Positions 1 to 11,212 of a stretch of DNA of 64,000 bases are shown here, in pieces. The stretch's first letter is position 1. The number at the start of each line of letters is the position of its first letter. The notes beneath the pieces were generated by a model. It was given only the letters and a program-made list of their open reading frames with translations. It did no database searches and had not been told where the DNA came from. This stretch comes from Tubulanus polymorphus (lineage: Eukaryota; Animalia; Nemertea): positions 15,122,950 through 15,186,949 of the forward strand of contig NC_134029.1 of the NCBI RefSeq assembly GCF_964204645.1. The letters are read 5' to 3'. Position numbers and translations under genes: made by a program.

Positions 1-329
1 CAGAGGTTTTCAACAAGGTCACAGAGGCACCGGTGTCTAAGAGTATAGATGTACGTGTTGAACCATTAAGGATACCAGAGCAGTAAAGCCCAGTGTCTCT
101 CAAATCGACACGACGCATCATTTTCTCAGCCACGGGGCAGCTCGAACCTATTGACACATCTGACCGGTCAGTTGTTATTGTGGTTAAGACCGTATCTTCA
201 TGTGACTTAACAAACAGAGAGTTATCGGAGGTAAAATATTTGAAACTGTCCCCTGCCTCAGAGGAGAACCATCCGAAATTACATCACCCGGTTGACAGAC
301 CAACAGTGAGGTATCTGGGTAAGGAGTTT

Positions 330-3300
330 GCTTCAATCCAAGATCAGTGAAAAATAAGACATTGGCATTGAAGGATTTGTAGTTTCAAACAACTTGGACA
401 TTTTAGCTGTCACATAATCATGGCTTTGTGCAGATAGAGATGAACAAAGCATCTCCGAACTGAAACCAACTGGATATGACATTAAACACTGCCCGCGTCC
501 TAATAATAAGCAAGGAGGAGGGGTTGCGCTCTTACATAAACTGTCTATTCCAGTTAAAATCCTGGAATCAACTATTGATAACAAATTTTCTCACTTTGAA
601 TATATTGACTGCAAGGTTTATCTGCCAAACCAAACTCTTAGTGTTTCTGTCATTTATCGACCCCCACCTTCAAAAAACAATGGTTTTAAAAATATTGTCT
701 TCTTCGAAGAATGGATGAACTATATCGAACGGCATATCACTAACTCCAGTGAAACACTTCTTCTTGGCGATCTAAATTTCCATCTTGATGATGAAAGTGA
801 TAGTGACGCACAAAACTTTTTGCAGACCCTGCATGAGGTTAGGCTCCGGCAGCATGTTCGCGGTCCGACTCTTGTAAAAGGACATACATTAGATGTTTTG
901 ATTACCAAGGACTCAAGCTCTTTTTTATCGAACATAGATGTCGTTGACACGGGAATTTTCAGTCAAGATAGCCTTAAACCCTGCGATCACTATGCAGTCC
1001 TATGCGATGCCAATACCCCAAAACCAGTCAGCAAAAAAGTATCCATCGCTTATAGGAAGCTGAAGGCAATTGACATTGATGCTTTTCGGGAGGGCATAAA
1101 AGTAAAATTATCTCCAATGAATGATCAGAATAGAGGATCCGTTAATGAACTAGCGTCAAACTATACAGCTATCATTAAGACACTTGTTGATACCCATGCT
1201 CCGCTCAGAGAAAGAAGCATGTACTTGAAACCGAACGCTCCTTGGTATACGGACGAACTTCATGATGCTAAACGGGAACGGCGTCGCTTTGAACGGCAGT
1301 GGCGAAAGAGTAACCTGGAAGTTCATAGGTAGATGTATCAACTGCAGTGTCGTTTTGTTAACCACATGATCGTTGAAACAAGGATGCATTACTGCAACAA
1401 TAAAATCATTGATTGTGGTCGTAATTCCAAAAGTGTTTTCTCAGTAGTGAAACACCTCCTTGGTTCATCATCTGTGCCAGTTTTACCACATTATGAGTCA
1501 GCTGAGGCTTTAGCAAATCAGTTTAATACGTTCTTTTTGGATGAGATAAGTGATATCCGTGCTGATATGCCCTTACCACGTTCTGAGAATTTAGGCAGTG
1601 ACCACTCACTTCCGGAGTTTAATAGTCTATCAACTTTTTCTTTAGCAACGCAGGATGAGATAAGGAAAATAATAACTAGTTCAGCTAGTAAATCCTGTGA
1701 ATTGGATCCTTTGCCAACATGGCTTTTAAAAGAGTGTTTAGACGATCTTTTACCAATTATCACAGGGATAGTTAACCAGTCACTTATTGAGGGCTATGTC
1801 CCACTAGACTTTAAGATGGCTCACATACGGCCACTCCTAAAGAAAACTGGACTTAATCCTGAAGTGCTAAAAAACTACAGACCAGTTTCAAATCTTAGCT
1901 TTATTTCAAAGATTTTAGAAAAAGTTGTTAACAGTAGAATTGATGACCATCTAAATATTTCTGGTCTTAAACCTTGTTTTCAAAGTGCATATTCTAAATT
2001 CCATTCGACTGAAACTGCTCTACTTCGAGTTCAATCTGATATATTGGATGCACTTGATTCTGGCAATGTTGGTGTTTTAGTTTTATTAGATTTGTCAGCT
2101 GCCTTTGACACGATTGATCATGGCATTTTATTAGATAGATTGTATAATATGTATAACATTTCTGGCACAGCATTTAAGTGGTTTCAGTCTTATTTAAGTG
2201 ATCGATACCAATCTGTAGTAATTGATGGTAAGCAATCTGCTAAATCAAAGTTGTTTTTTGGTGTTCCTCAAGGTTCAGTTTTAGGACCTAAGCTTTTCAA
2301 TATGTATATTAAACCCTTGACGGAAATAATATCTTCTCATGGACTTGACTTTCATATGTATGCTGACGACACCCAACTTTATGTGTTCTTTAAAAAGAAT
2401 TCAACTGCACAGCAGTTTGCTGCTATTAAGCGTCTTGAAAGTTGCCTGATTGATATTGAATGTTGGCTTAAGGAAAATGTTGAAACAAAATTGTGACAAA
2501 ACCGAGTCTTTGTTTTTCTGTTCTCCTCGTTATGTACTGTACCACCTACTGATGTACAACTGCATGTTGGTTCTGTTTCTGTAGTATCTGCTCGCTTAGT
2601 ACGGAATCTAGGTGCTATTTTTGATAGATCCATGTGACGGATCATGTATCATCTGTCATAAAATCCTGTTATTTCCATATGAGAAACATTGGTCGTATTC
2701 GTAAGTATCTAACTAGGGATTCTACCAAGTCAATTGTAATTCTTTGTTATCTAATATCCCGGCGACACAGTTTTACAGATTACAAAAGGTACAAAATGTG
2801 GCAGCTAGAATAGTTACCCTCACTAAATGAAGTGAACACATTTCTCCTGTTTTAGCAGATATTCATTGGCTGCCAGTCCGCTTTAGAATAGATTTTAAAA
2901 TCTGTGTTTTGATATTTTCTATCCTTAAAAATGAGGCTCCTCATTATCTCTGTGACATGATTAGTTTTTATAGACCATCGCGAAATCTTAGATCTGTTAA
3001 TTTTAATTCACTTTTTATTCCACGTACGTTTTGCCAATTTGGTGACAAGTCTTTTAGAGTCTATGGCCCAAAAACTTGGAATGCCTTGCCTAGTCATCTT
3101 AAAAGCAGTAAGTCTATTGAGTGTTTTAAAAAGAATTTAAAAGCACATTATTTTAGAATTGCATTCAATTGAAATTGTCTTACTGAATGTTCACTGTTTT
3201 TAAATTCAATATTGTAATGTTTTTATCACCATATTTTATTGTACGTCGTATTTCTTTATTTGTAAGTGCTCTGGAGCAGTTTCATTAATCTGGACAGGGC

Positions 3301-3330
3301 ACTAAAACATGTATAATAATAATAATGGTA
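330..3330 (+). mobile_element. Decayed CR1/L2-clade non-LTR retrotransposon (APE endonuclease + RT)
   Basis: ORFs 715-1332 (LLGDLNFH, GHTLD, DHY endonuclease motifs), 1333-2496 ([35 protein letters not shown]) and 2909-3172 (C-terminus); (AAT)n tail near 3313-3327; stops and frameshifts. Confidence 0.93.
1333..2496 (+). pseudogene. LINE reverse transcriptase domain
   Basis: Canonical RT motifs [10 protein letters not shown] and YADD; separated from the endonuclease part by a TAG and frameshifted after 2496. Confidence 0.92.
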
Positions 3331-3578
3331 ATAAGGAGTTAAAACATTTGAAGTTGCCTGCTTTTCCAGATATGCACTACCTGTCGTATCGGTTCCACCA
3401 AGAATTTCGTTCCCAACAATTTCCCTTACGCAAGGGTCTAATGAACTATTTACAATTATTGAACTACTTACAATTTGGGCTCTATCATGCACGGAATCGT
3501 TAACGGGTGAAGGAACACTTTTCTGTATTCTACGGTGTGGAGGCAGATATTTCTCCATCATATATGTGGAGGGTCTCT

Positions 3579-4537
3579 CTATTGGCGGCGATTCCCTTGC
3601 CCCCTGGAGGACCGCCTGTAATCGTTTCCCGGTTTCCCGGGCCAGTTCCTGGCATAGTGACCTCTACCAGAACATGTATGACATGTAACCTGCGGACATG
3701 TATCAGCTGTATGATCCGGTTCTCGACACCGCCAGAAAGTGTTGTCCCTACCCTGGGAGTTGGCCTGAGTCTGCGCGTTAACCCTGGCCTCTAAACCGTC
3801 CATGCGAACATCTAAACCGTTGACGAGGCCCACGAGTTCCGAAAGTAGCTCATCCGTCTGACTGGCCTTCACCTCATTTACATGTCGACGAGGGGGTCTG
3901 GACTCGTGTCTCTCAGTCAGGCGCCGCGCAGTCTCATGACCTCGAGCCAATGACACAGCCTCCGATAGAGACTGTGGCTGAGCCACGTACAACTGCTCCC
4001 TAACACTCGAGGGTACCGCCACACCTGCCAAGAATTGGTCACGTGCCAACTTATCCTGCAAACTGTGATCAACCCCTGGGTACGCGCTCTGTGCGAGTTC
4101 TGTCAATGCATCCGCGTAGTGCCCGATGTTTTCTTGGGGTTTCTGCTCTCGACATCAACATCATTTTGAAATCTGAAGCTGACCGTGTCAATGACATACG
4201 GTCCTTTATCCCCTCGACGAAACTACTGAATCCAGGGATGGGGCAAGACGGAGGTTTTTAACTCCCTGGTATGACTCATGGTCCAGGTACGTTAGCAAAT
4301 GTTGTTCTCAAAACGCTCCAACCAGATGGAAACATTATGCCCCATACTGTACATTTTGGGGCACGGAATTTTTACCCGGGCATCCTCCCTGGTCCCTGAT
4401 GGCGACTCAGATTCCCTTTTTATGCTACGTGAGACATATTGGGTAATCGAACTTAAAAAGTCATCCAAACCTGTAGTTGGGTGGACCCCTTCCTGGGCCG
4501 CACCTGGTTGGCCTGCATCCGGGTCAGAGTGAGACAT
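3579..4537 (-). pseudogene. Gypsy-type LTR retrotransposon gag (capsid + two degenerate CCHC knuckles)
   Basis: ORFs 4292-4537 and 3579-4106: WLERFE, LARDQFLAG, QPQSLSEAV, CxxCxxxGHYARN. Confidence 0.8.
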
Positions 4538-4827
4538 TTCTAATTAGTAATTGTGAATATATTGTACGTATACACCGAACAAAAACTGAATTAAAATAAA
4601 ATTCCAAAAGTTATTTTATGAACCTATCAACCTATGTGCAAAACTGTAGTTAGTGTCTGAAATTATTCCCGCTATATTGAAGCAAGCGTATAACAACGGT
4701 TTAACTACTGAAGAGTATCCGCGATACCGCAGTCGCAAGGAAGTAGGTCAGACAGACTACTCACGCGCACGCTTCTCGAAAAAAAAGGGTAGCGATTCAA
4801 CTCAATAATACGGCCGTAAGGCTCTCT

Positions 4828-4849
4828 AATCCCATTAACGCTACCACCA
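4828..4849 (-). promoter_or_regulatory. Primer-binding site, tRNA-Leu-like
   Basis: TGGTGGTAGCGTTAATGGGATT 1 nt after the LTR end; resembles the complement of the tRNA-Leu 3' end (TGGTGGCAGCGGTGGGATT). Confidence 0.65.
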
Positions 4850-4850
4850 G

Positions 4851-5079
4851 TGTTACAATCCTGTCTTCTAAATCTCTAATACCACCTTCAAGGATGATTT
4901 ACGCTCCGACCATAGGCTATAAAGGGGTAATTTATCCCGAACAAAAGAACAACGAACTTACTCGGACAATGGTTCCACTTCTAAGAGACCGCACCTAGCG
5001 GTGATTTATTACGCTATACATTACACAAAATTATCGACGGAAAACTACATACATAATAACGGGTACGAGACCCGTTACA
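4851..5079 (-). repeat. 5' LTR of the Gypsy remnant (TGTAAC...TGTAACA, 229 bp)
   Basis: On the minus strand it begins TGTAACGGG and ends TGTAACA, directly followed by a PBS and upstream of gag; no second LTR seen. Confidence 0.7.
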
Positions 5080-6132
5080 AGGGATGCGAGCAAAGATTTC
5101 ACCCGAAATAAGTTCGTTACATTCCGTTTTTTGAAAGAGTGCCACCTAGGGGTCAACTCAACATGGATATGTTGACCCACATGTGCTACTACGCGCGAAG
5201 TACTAATGTGCCGGGTTTTGGGGGAAATAACATCGATAAGAACGAAGCTACGGAGTTTTTACCATTCCCTAGTGACAGTTTAAGCGCATATTCGGTTATC
5301 ATTAGGTTCGAAAAAAGTCGACTAGATGAGAAAACCGAATTTGGCCCGAAGCAAAAATTTGGCCTATAGGGTAAACTATGCAGGAGGGAAGGCCTTATAG
5401 TGTTACTATTAGTCGAGGAGTGACAAGTCAGTCTGACAAGTCAAGCGATCGGATGGGGACTACAATTCACATATGAAATTGACGTCCAATAACCATTACG
5501 AAAACATAATCACGAACGGTATCATCACTCCCCATTACTGACTGTCGCTGGTCTCTGGTTAGCAATCATTCTTTATCGGTGCAGTGGGTAGGTATTTCCA
5601 ACTGACTTTGTTCTTCTTCTATGACATTACCATCGCCGCTGCGTCACGATGTGATGTACATGTACAAGGGACCTCCAATTTGTAATATATGTGATGTATA
5701 AACTGACTTTAGACCGTTTAATATCGACGATAACAAGGTATCACCGACGCTGACATTTTCTGACGCTTACTACTATGACCCGCCTTTTGGACCTGACCAA
5801 TTCAATTCAATTAAGAAAACTCGTACCGGTACAGTAAATAAATAAACCGCTGTTGATTTTTCTTCCTTCTTTATTTATTTATGAAATGACGTCACAAACT
5901 TTCAGATTCGCGCCAGTATGCGCGCCATGATTGATGATTGCTATTTCCACCGGTGTTATCTTAAAGTAACTTCAAGTTTAAAATAGGAAGCACAGTACAT
6001 CCATAGAAACTACGCGCAGAAAGAGACTGTTATATTATTATCAGAGTTTAACATTTCGTTTCAAAGTTGTTAGTAGTCAAATCTAATAGAAGATGATTTT
6101 TATGTGACGAAACTCAGTGGAAAATATGTTAA

Positions 6133-6188
6133 AATAATAATCAGCAGGAATCCAATAGGGTTTCTGCCGAGGCAGCAGAAACCCTAAT
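6133..6188 (-). mobile_element. Probable 5' end hairpin of a Helentron/HINE-like element
   Basis: AATAATAA...CAATAGGGTTTCTGC-CGAGGCA-GCAGAAACCCTAA, same architecture as the HINE end at 40711-40746; other end not found. Confidence 0.45.
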
Positions 6189-6707
6189 AATAAGAGCTTG
6201 TATAGCGCAGAATCCGTGTTTCCACGTTCAGTGCGCTGTCTCCACATAATGCCTTCTATACAATAAAGTTTTCAAAGCTTTTCGAAAGCAGGTCACATCT
6301 TCAATTTTCCTGATTCAGACTGGTACACTGTTCCACAATAATGGACCTTTATGAGAAAAGAACCGATCGCCATATTCATTGTTGCTACGCGGTACAACTA
6401 GGCTCCGGTTGACACATGACCGTGTTCTATCTTCCACCAATTTCAACATGTCCGACAGGTAAACTGGCATCTTCTCGTACAACGCACGATATACAAGACA
6501 GATAACTTTATATTCAGTGCGAGACTGGATTGGAAACCAGTGAAGCTCCTGAAGGACAGATGATGTGTGGTCATACTTTCTGCGCCGACTAATCACTCTC
6601 GCAGCCATATTTTGTACCCTTTGTAAGGGTAGAAGAGAACTGGACGGTAGTCCACACAGCAATGAATTGCCATAGTCAATGCGGGACATAACAAGTGCAT
6701 GCACTAG
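6187..6707 (-). mobile_element. 3' part of a CR1/L2 LINE interrupted by Polinton A
   Basis: ORF 6315-6704 HALVMSRIDYGNSLL...LQRVQNMAAR...LHWFPI; minus-strand 3' end GCGCTATACAAG...TTATTATT. Confidence 0.9.
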
Positions 6708-6794
6708 AGTAATTGGAAGATGTGGGTTTCATACCAGAGGTCGAAGGTCGACCACTCATCACCACAAGTAATTTTTTTTCCTTATAAATGGGAG
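6708..6794 (+). repeat. Left TIR of element A (87 bp)
   Basis: AGTAATTGGAAGATGTGGG...CCTTATAAATGGGAG is the exact reverse complement of 23811-23897. Confidence 0.95.
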
Positions 6795-7114
6795 ATAGAA
6801 AAGCATTCTTAGCAACAATAAATAACAGAATTAAACCAACAAAAAAACAATTTGAAATAAAAAAGTTAGTTGATGTTACAAAAGAAATTGAACATAAGAT
6901 ATTGAAATTAGAAAAGATAAAAACTAAATATGGAGAGAAAGTATCAGCTAATTTAAGCTACTGTAATGTTAGTACATCACGAGAATTTAAAGTGTTTTTA
7001 CCTGATAAATGGGTTTCATTGAGTACAGAGGAATTGAAAGATTTAGTAGGATTTAAAATAATATATCATGGGAAAAATGAAGACGGTCATCATGATTTAG
7101 AAATTGTTGATTAA
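6788..7114 (+). CDS. 108-aa basic terminal protein of unknown function (possibly OB-fold/ssDNA-binding)
   Basis: Intact ORF with TAAATG start inside the TIR; homologues at both ends of element C; TKYG...KVFLP motif; fold is inference only. Confidence 0.75.
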   Translation: MGDRKAFLATINNRIKPTKKQFEIKKLVDVTKEIEHKILKLEKIKTKYGEKVSANLSYCNVSTSREFKVFLPDKWVSLSTEELKDLVGFKIIYHGKNEDGHHDLEIVD

Positions 7115-7154
7115 ATAAAAAATAAAAATAATGAATATCTAGAATCCAAAATGA

Positions 7155-8093
7155 CCTTAGTCGTTTTATAAACAACTACAATCATACAGTCAAACATCTG
7201 TTACATGTTATTATAAGAGAGTGCTTCATTTGAATATTGATCAATCAAACAGGTGTTGCACAACGTTGTTGTTATATTGGATAGCTAGCAGTTATATAAT
7301 AAGCGCGCAGTACATACAACACACACAAGCCAGTTAGCCGGCATTGAACTACCACGTTTTCATTGGTTGCTGAAAGCGAGGTTTATTTAAATTAGCTCGG
7401 CCGTGACGACAGGAGGATAGTCATCATTCTCTCTCGTGATTAAAAGGAATATTTCAATGTTTTTACGGTAGTTTTAGCAAAACCACCCGACTTGACTCGC
7501 AGAGTTTTTAGGGGATAAGCATCCCGTTATTGAGAGGCGCCACGAGATACCTATCCCCAAGCATTTCTAATTACACCCCTGTGACCCACACCTCACCAAT
7601 TCTCCTTCAATGGTTGACAGGAAACACATTATATTAAAGGCGCCTAATGCATTTCCTATCAACCCCTTACCCCCGAAAGGAGGATCGAAAGTCGAAACTG
7701 AAGGAGAACCACGGAGGGTGGACAAAGGTGCATTTTCGAAATGCCCCTGCAAGCCAAGCCCGGCGGCACTCCAGTGGTTGAATGAATTGCCTTATATACT
7801 TAGCTAAAACACCTAAGTAAATGTTGTTGGTGCTAAAAAAATTTAAATTATAAATTATTCCGAATGAAAAGAATATAAGAATGAAAACTGATAAATGAAT
7901 TATGGATTTTTAACTTAATTATGATATAATTTTTAATCAAATTAGTAATCAATTACTATGTTAATTGATTAACAAATTCAAATTCAAATATTCATTTTAG
8001 CATCACACCCAGTGCTGCCATCTTTCAATTTAAAAAAAAACTAATAATAAGAAACGACTGTAATACAATATTCAAGTAAAAACAAAATAAATT
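7155..8093. other. ~940-bp foreign insertion in element A flanked by ~35-bp direct repeats
   Basis: AATAAAAATAATGAATATCTAGAATCCAAAATGAC (7121-7154) is repeated at ~8094-8130; absent from the matching place in element C; largely higher GC. Confidence 0.65.
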
Positions 8094-8116
8094 AATAAAA
8101 ATAATGAATATCTAGA

Positions 8117-8210
8117 GAATCCGAAATGACTTATCTGGACAATTTAATTGCTCCGCATAGATGGTGCCATAAACGGCACCCACACAGTGATAGACAAAAG
8201 TAGTGAGATA
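8117..8210 (+). promoter_or_regulatory. Conserved non-coding subterminal motif of the Polinton family
   Basis: GAATCCGAAATGACTTATCTGGACAATTT...GCTCC...ACAAAAGTAGTGAGAT also at 25544-25607, 55862-55927 (rc) and partly 36071-36099. Confidence 0.6.
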
Positions 8211-8257
8211 TTCAATTAATTAAAACAAATTATTTTTTTTGCTTTTTTTCTAAAATA

Positions 8258-8626
8258 TTAATCCATTTTTTTTATTATCAATTTTGGAATTTCAGAAGTA
8301 TTTTCATTTTTGAAAGCAGTTGTTTCAGAATTATTAATATCATGAATTTTATTTGATTTCTTATACCAATTACACCCAATCAAAATGAATACAATTACAA
8401 ATCCAACCGTAAAATATAGATATTTATCAAATATTCTATTATCAGAAGGAGTAGAAATAACAATATTTTCACCATTTTTATTAACATTTTTATTACTTAT
8501 TTTTTCTTTTACAGCTTTTTTATATTCTTGTGATTTAATTCCTAATTGCCGAGACCATTCAATTTGTTTCTGAGTTCTCGGTTTTTTCTTCACAGTTAAT
8601 TCCTTCACTTCTTTCACCTCGCTCAT
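8258..8626 (-). CDS. 122-aa basic protein with one predicted TM helix
   Basis: TAAATG start; hydrophobic YLYFTVGFVIVFILIGCNWY; homologues in B and C. Confidence 0.75.
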   Translation of the reverse strand: MSEVKEVKELTVKKKPRTQKQIEWSRQLGIKSQEYKKAVKEKISNKNVNKNGENIVISTPSDNRIFDKYLYFTVGFVIVFILIGCNWYKKSNKIHDINNSETTAFKNENTSEIPKLIIKKMD

Positions 8627-9163
8627 TTATTATAGAAAAATTTTTACTTTCAATATTTGAAAATGTTATAACCCCAGTTGATAATAATGTCATAAATCCA
8701 CCTAATTGAAATGATAAATATCCAATCCATTTATTTAATTCAGTCATAACTAAATAATCATTTTTTAAATCTGAATATAATCTATTTTCATCTTCAATTG
8801 GTAGTATATAATTACATAATTTACTATAACCTTTTACTACATTTTCTGATATCGCGTTATTAATTTTAGCTGTTCTCGCGGCTTCATAAATCTTAAATAA
8901 TCTAATAATTTCAACTGATTTCATTGTATCTAATTCATGATAAGTTAAATTTTTATCGACAAATTTTTTACATTTTCCAGATGCTATTAATATTTCTAAT
9001 TGATGTTTGCAATAAAGATAATATTCATAATTATTATTTGTTGTAACATTATTTAAAACACCATCATCTGGAATTAATTTGTTTTCTGTTATTCCTAAAT
9101 CATCTAAAGTTTTTCAATTGGAACATCACCATTTTTAGATTTTATCTTCTTTTCACCTACCAT
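8559..9163 (-). pseudogene. ~202-aa conserved Polinton protein (frameshifted near 9115)
   Basis: Matches the intact ORF 54905-55513; one base missing in a homopolymer. Confidence 0.8.
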
Positions 9164-9179
9164 TTATATAACAAAAAAA

Positions 9180-9445
9180 TTAGTTGTGACGTTGCAACTA
9201 GAATTCAACTAGAATGTAACTAGAATTCAACTAGATTAACAAGCTAGTTGAAATATTGTTGTTTTTGTTTATTTCTTGTTAAATCTAGTTGATTTTTGTT
9301 TCAACTACTAACAACTAGAATTCAACTAGAATGTAACTAGATTTAAACTAGATTAACAAGCTAGTTAAAATATTGTTAAATCTATTTGATTTTTGTTACA
9401 ACTACCAATAACTAGAATTCAACTCGATTAACAAACTAATTGAAT
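9180..9445. repeat. Intergenic array of ~11-bp CAACTAGAATT-type repeats
   Basis: Repeated AACTAGAATTC/AACTAGAATGT/AACTAGATT units; counterparts at 54590-54880 and, degenerate, at 25620-25830. Confidence 0.8.
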
Positions 9446-9447
9446 TT

Positions 9448-10054
9448 AAATAAATTCATATTTAAATGGGTGTTGTAATCTAAATAGTAATTTTGATCTT
9501 TTAATATTTTTCAACTTATCCATATATTCATTATGTAAATCATATGGAATAATATCATTTTCCTCAAGTGCATTTTTCATCGATTTTCTATCTTTATTGT
9601 AGAATAAAACTAGAAATCTAATGTTTTCTCTAAAGTCTTTAACAATTGAATTATATTTTTGATTTAAAACCCAAGTTGTTATCCCAAAATGTCTCCCAGA
9701 GAAAGCTAAATAGCATAACTCACTTTCTCTAACTTTTGAATCATGTAGATTAGCACAATCATCTATAATGAATAATGTATTTGATCCTTTATAAATATCA
9801 ATTGCTATTTTAATACAATTATCTCAATTTTCTTTTACTGTTTTAGGATCTAATACAATAAATTTATTATTCCTAGTAATATTTCTATTATAAGTTTGAT
9901 TAAATTCATATGTTGGACAAAATAATACTATATTATTAAAATAGTTTTCATAAACAGTTTCTGATAAATTTAATATAAAATAAGTTTTTCCACAATTTGT
10001 TACGCCGGATATTAACATATTATGAGGCTCGAATATAAATAATTCTTTATTCAT
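9448..10054 (-). pseudogene. A32/FtsK-like DNA packaging ATPase (in-frame TGA at 9824)
   Basis: Walker A GVTNCGKT, Walker B LFIIDD, GRH motif; the intact copy in C has Leu at the stop. Confidence 0.9.
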
Positions 10055-11182
10055 TTATATATTTTTAATTTTACTTGATAATATCCATTCATTGAATTTA
10101 TCTGGGCGTCCAACCCATTTTACTAAAGAATATTTTTTTCTTTTAATAGTTTTTGTTTTTAATACTTTTTCAAATTTATATTCTTGTTCTAGATTTTCAG
10201 TAGTTAAACTTAATTCTTCTTCGTAAAAGTAGCCATCAACTTCTTCACCATCTAAATCTTCTAATTTATAGACATATGGTTTTGTTGTTATTACCTTTTT
10301 TATTTTATATATTTCTCTAGTAAAATTTCGATCGTATCCTTTATCAAATATCTTTTCATACTTAGAAATTCTAACATTTTGACCAACTTTAAATTTAGGT
10401 TCACCAAAATCATCTACAAGAAATGCTCCATATAAATTATTCCAAACAATTTCAGCATTTTCAGGTTTTCTAGCATCAATAGGTTTCATTCCAATAGAAG
10501 AATGATAAGAATTATTATATCCTTCTATCAATTTTGGTAAAACATCTATCCATTTAAAAGTATTATTTGCTGTAAAATATTTCCACATTCTTGTTCTTAA
10601 TGTTCTATTAAATCGTTCAACGACTGCTGCTTTTTTATCCGATTTTGTTGAAAAATATTTAATATTATGATTATCTAAGAGTTCATGAACAAGTGAATTA
10701 TCAAACACTTTTCCATCATCAAATTGTATTTTTTCTGGTTTTAGTTTATCATCCGAAAGAAATTTTCTTAAAACATTTGATGTTTGTACAGCATCTTTTC
10801 TATAAAGTGGGAAGCTCCATACGTAACGACTAAAAATATCAATTATATTCAATAACCACCAATAATCATCATTATCTTTCTTAACATTTTTCATATCAAT
10901 TAAATCTCCTTGCCACTGTTGATCTACATAACTTACCATAGTTTTACGAGTTATATATTTTCTAACAATTTTTTTATGTGTTGTATATGTTGGTTGTTCT
11001 AACATAAATTCATTTATATCTTTATATTTAACTAAATTTTGTGGGATTATCTCATCTAATTTATCTTGTTTTACTTGACACCATATATTTTTAGTAGAAG
11101 AATAAGCAACTGAACTCTCAGGGTTGTAATATAAATTTCTAAAATATTGTTCTTTAGTATTAGGAGTTTTTTTACCACCCAT
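10055..11182 (-). CDS. Retroviral-like (RVE) integrase with C-terminal chromodomain
   Basis: WQGDLID, IDIFSRY, QFDDGK, VERFNRTL (DDE triad); chromo-like EKVLK...LVKWVG.PDKFNEWI. Confidence 0.95.
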   Translation of the reverse strand: MGGKKTPNTKEQYFRNLYYNPESSVAYSSTKNIWCQVKQDKLDEIIPQNLVKYKDINEFMLEQPTYTTHKKIVRKYITRKTMVSYVDQQWQGDLIDMKNVKKDNDDYWWLLNIIDIFSRYVWSFPLYRKDAVQTSNVLRKFLSDDKLKPEKIQFDDGKVFDNSLVHELLDNHNIKYFSTKSDKKAAVVERFNRTLRTRMWKYFTANNTFKWIDVLPKLIEGYNNSYHSSIGMKPIDARKPENAEIVWNNLYGAFLVDDFGEPKFKVGQNVRISKYEKIFDKGYDRNFTREIYKIKKVITTKPYVYKLEDLDGEEVDGYFYEEELSLTTENLEQEYKFEKVLKTKTIKRKKYSLVKWVGRPDKFNEWILSSKIKNI

Positions 11183-11212
11183 TTATATATCCTTAATTTT
11201 AACTTTATATTT

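Noticed and set aside
7567-7807. ORFs in the element A insert as a captured gene or protease
   Set aside because: Short, overlapping on both strands, no catalytic motif
9180-9445. Possible CRISPR-like array
   Set aside because: Units are ~11 bp, adjacent, without unique spacers; eukaryotic context with no cas genes
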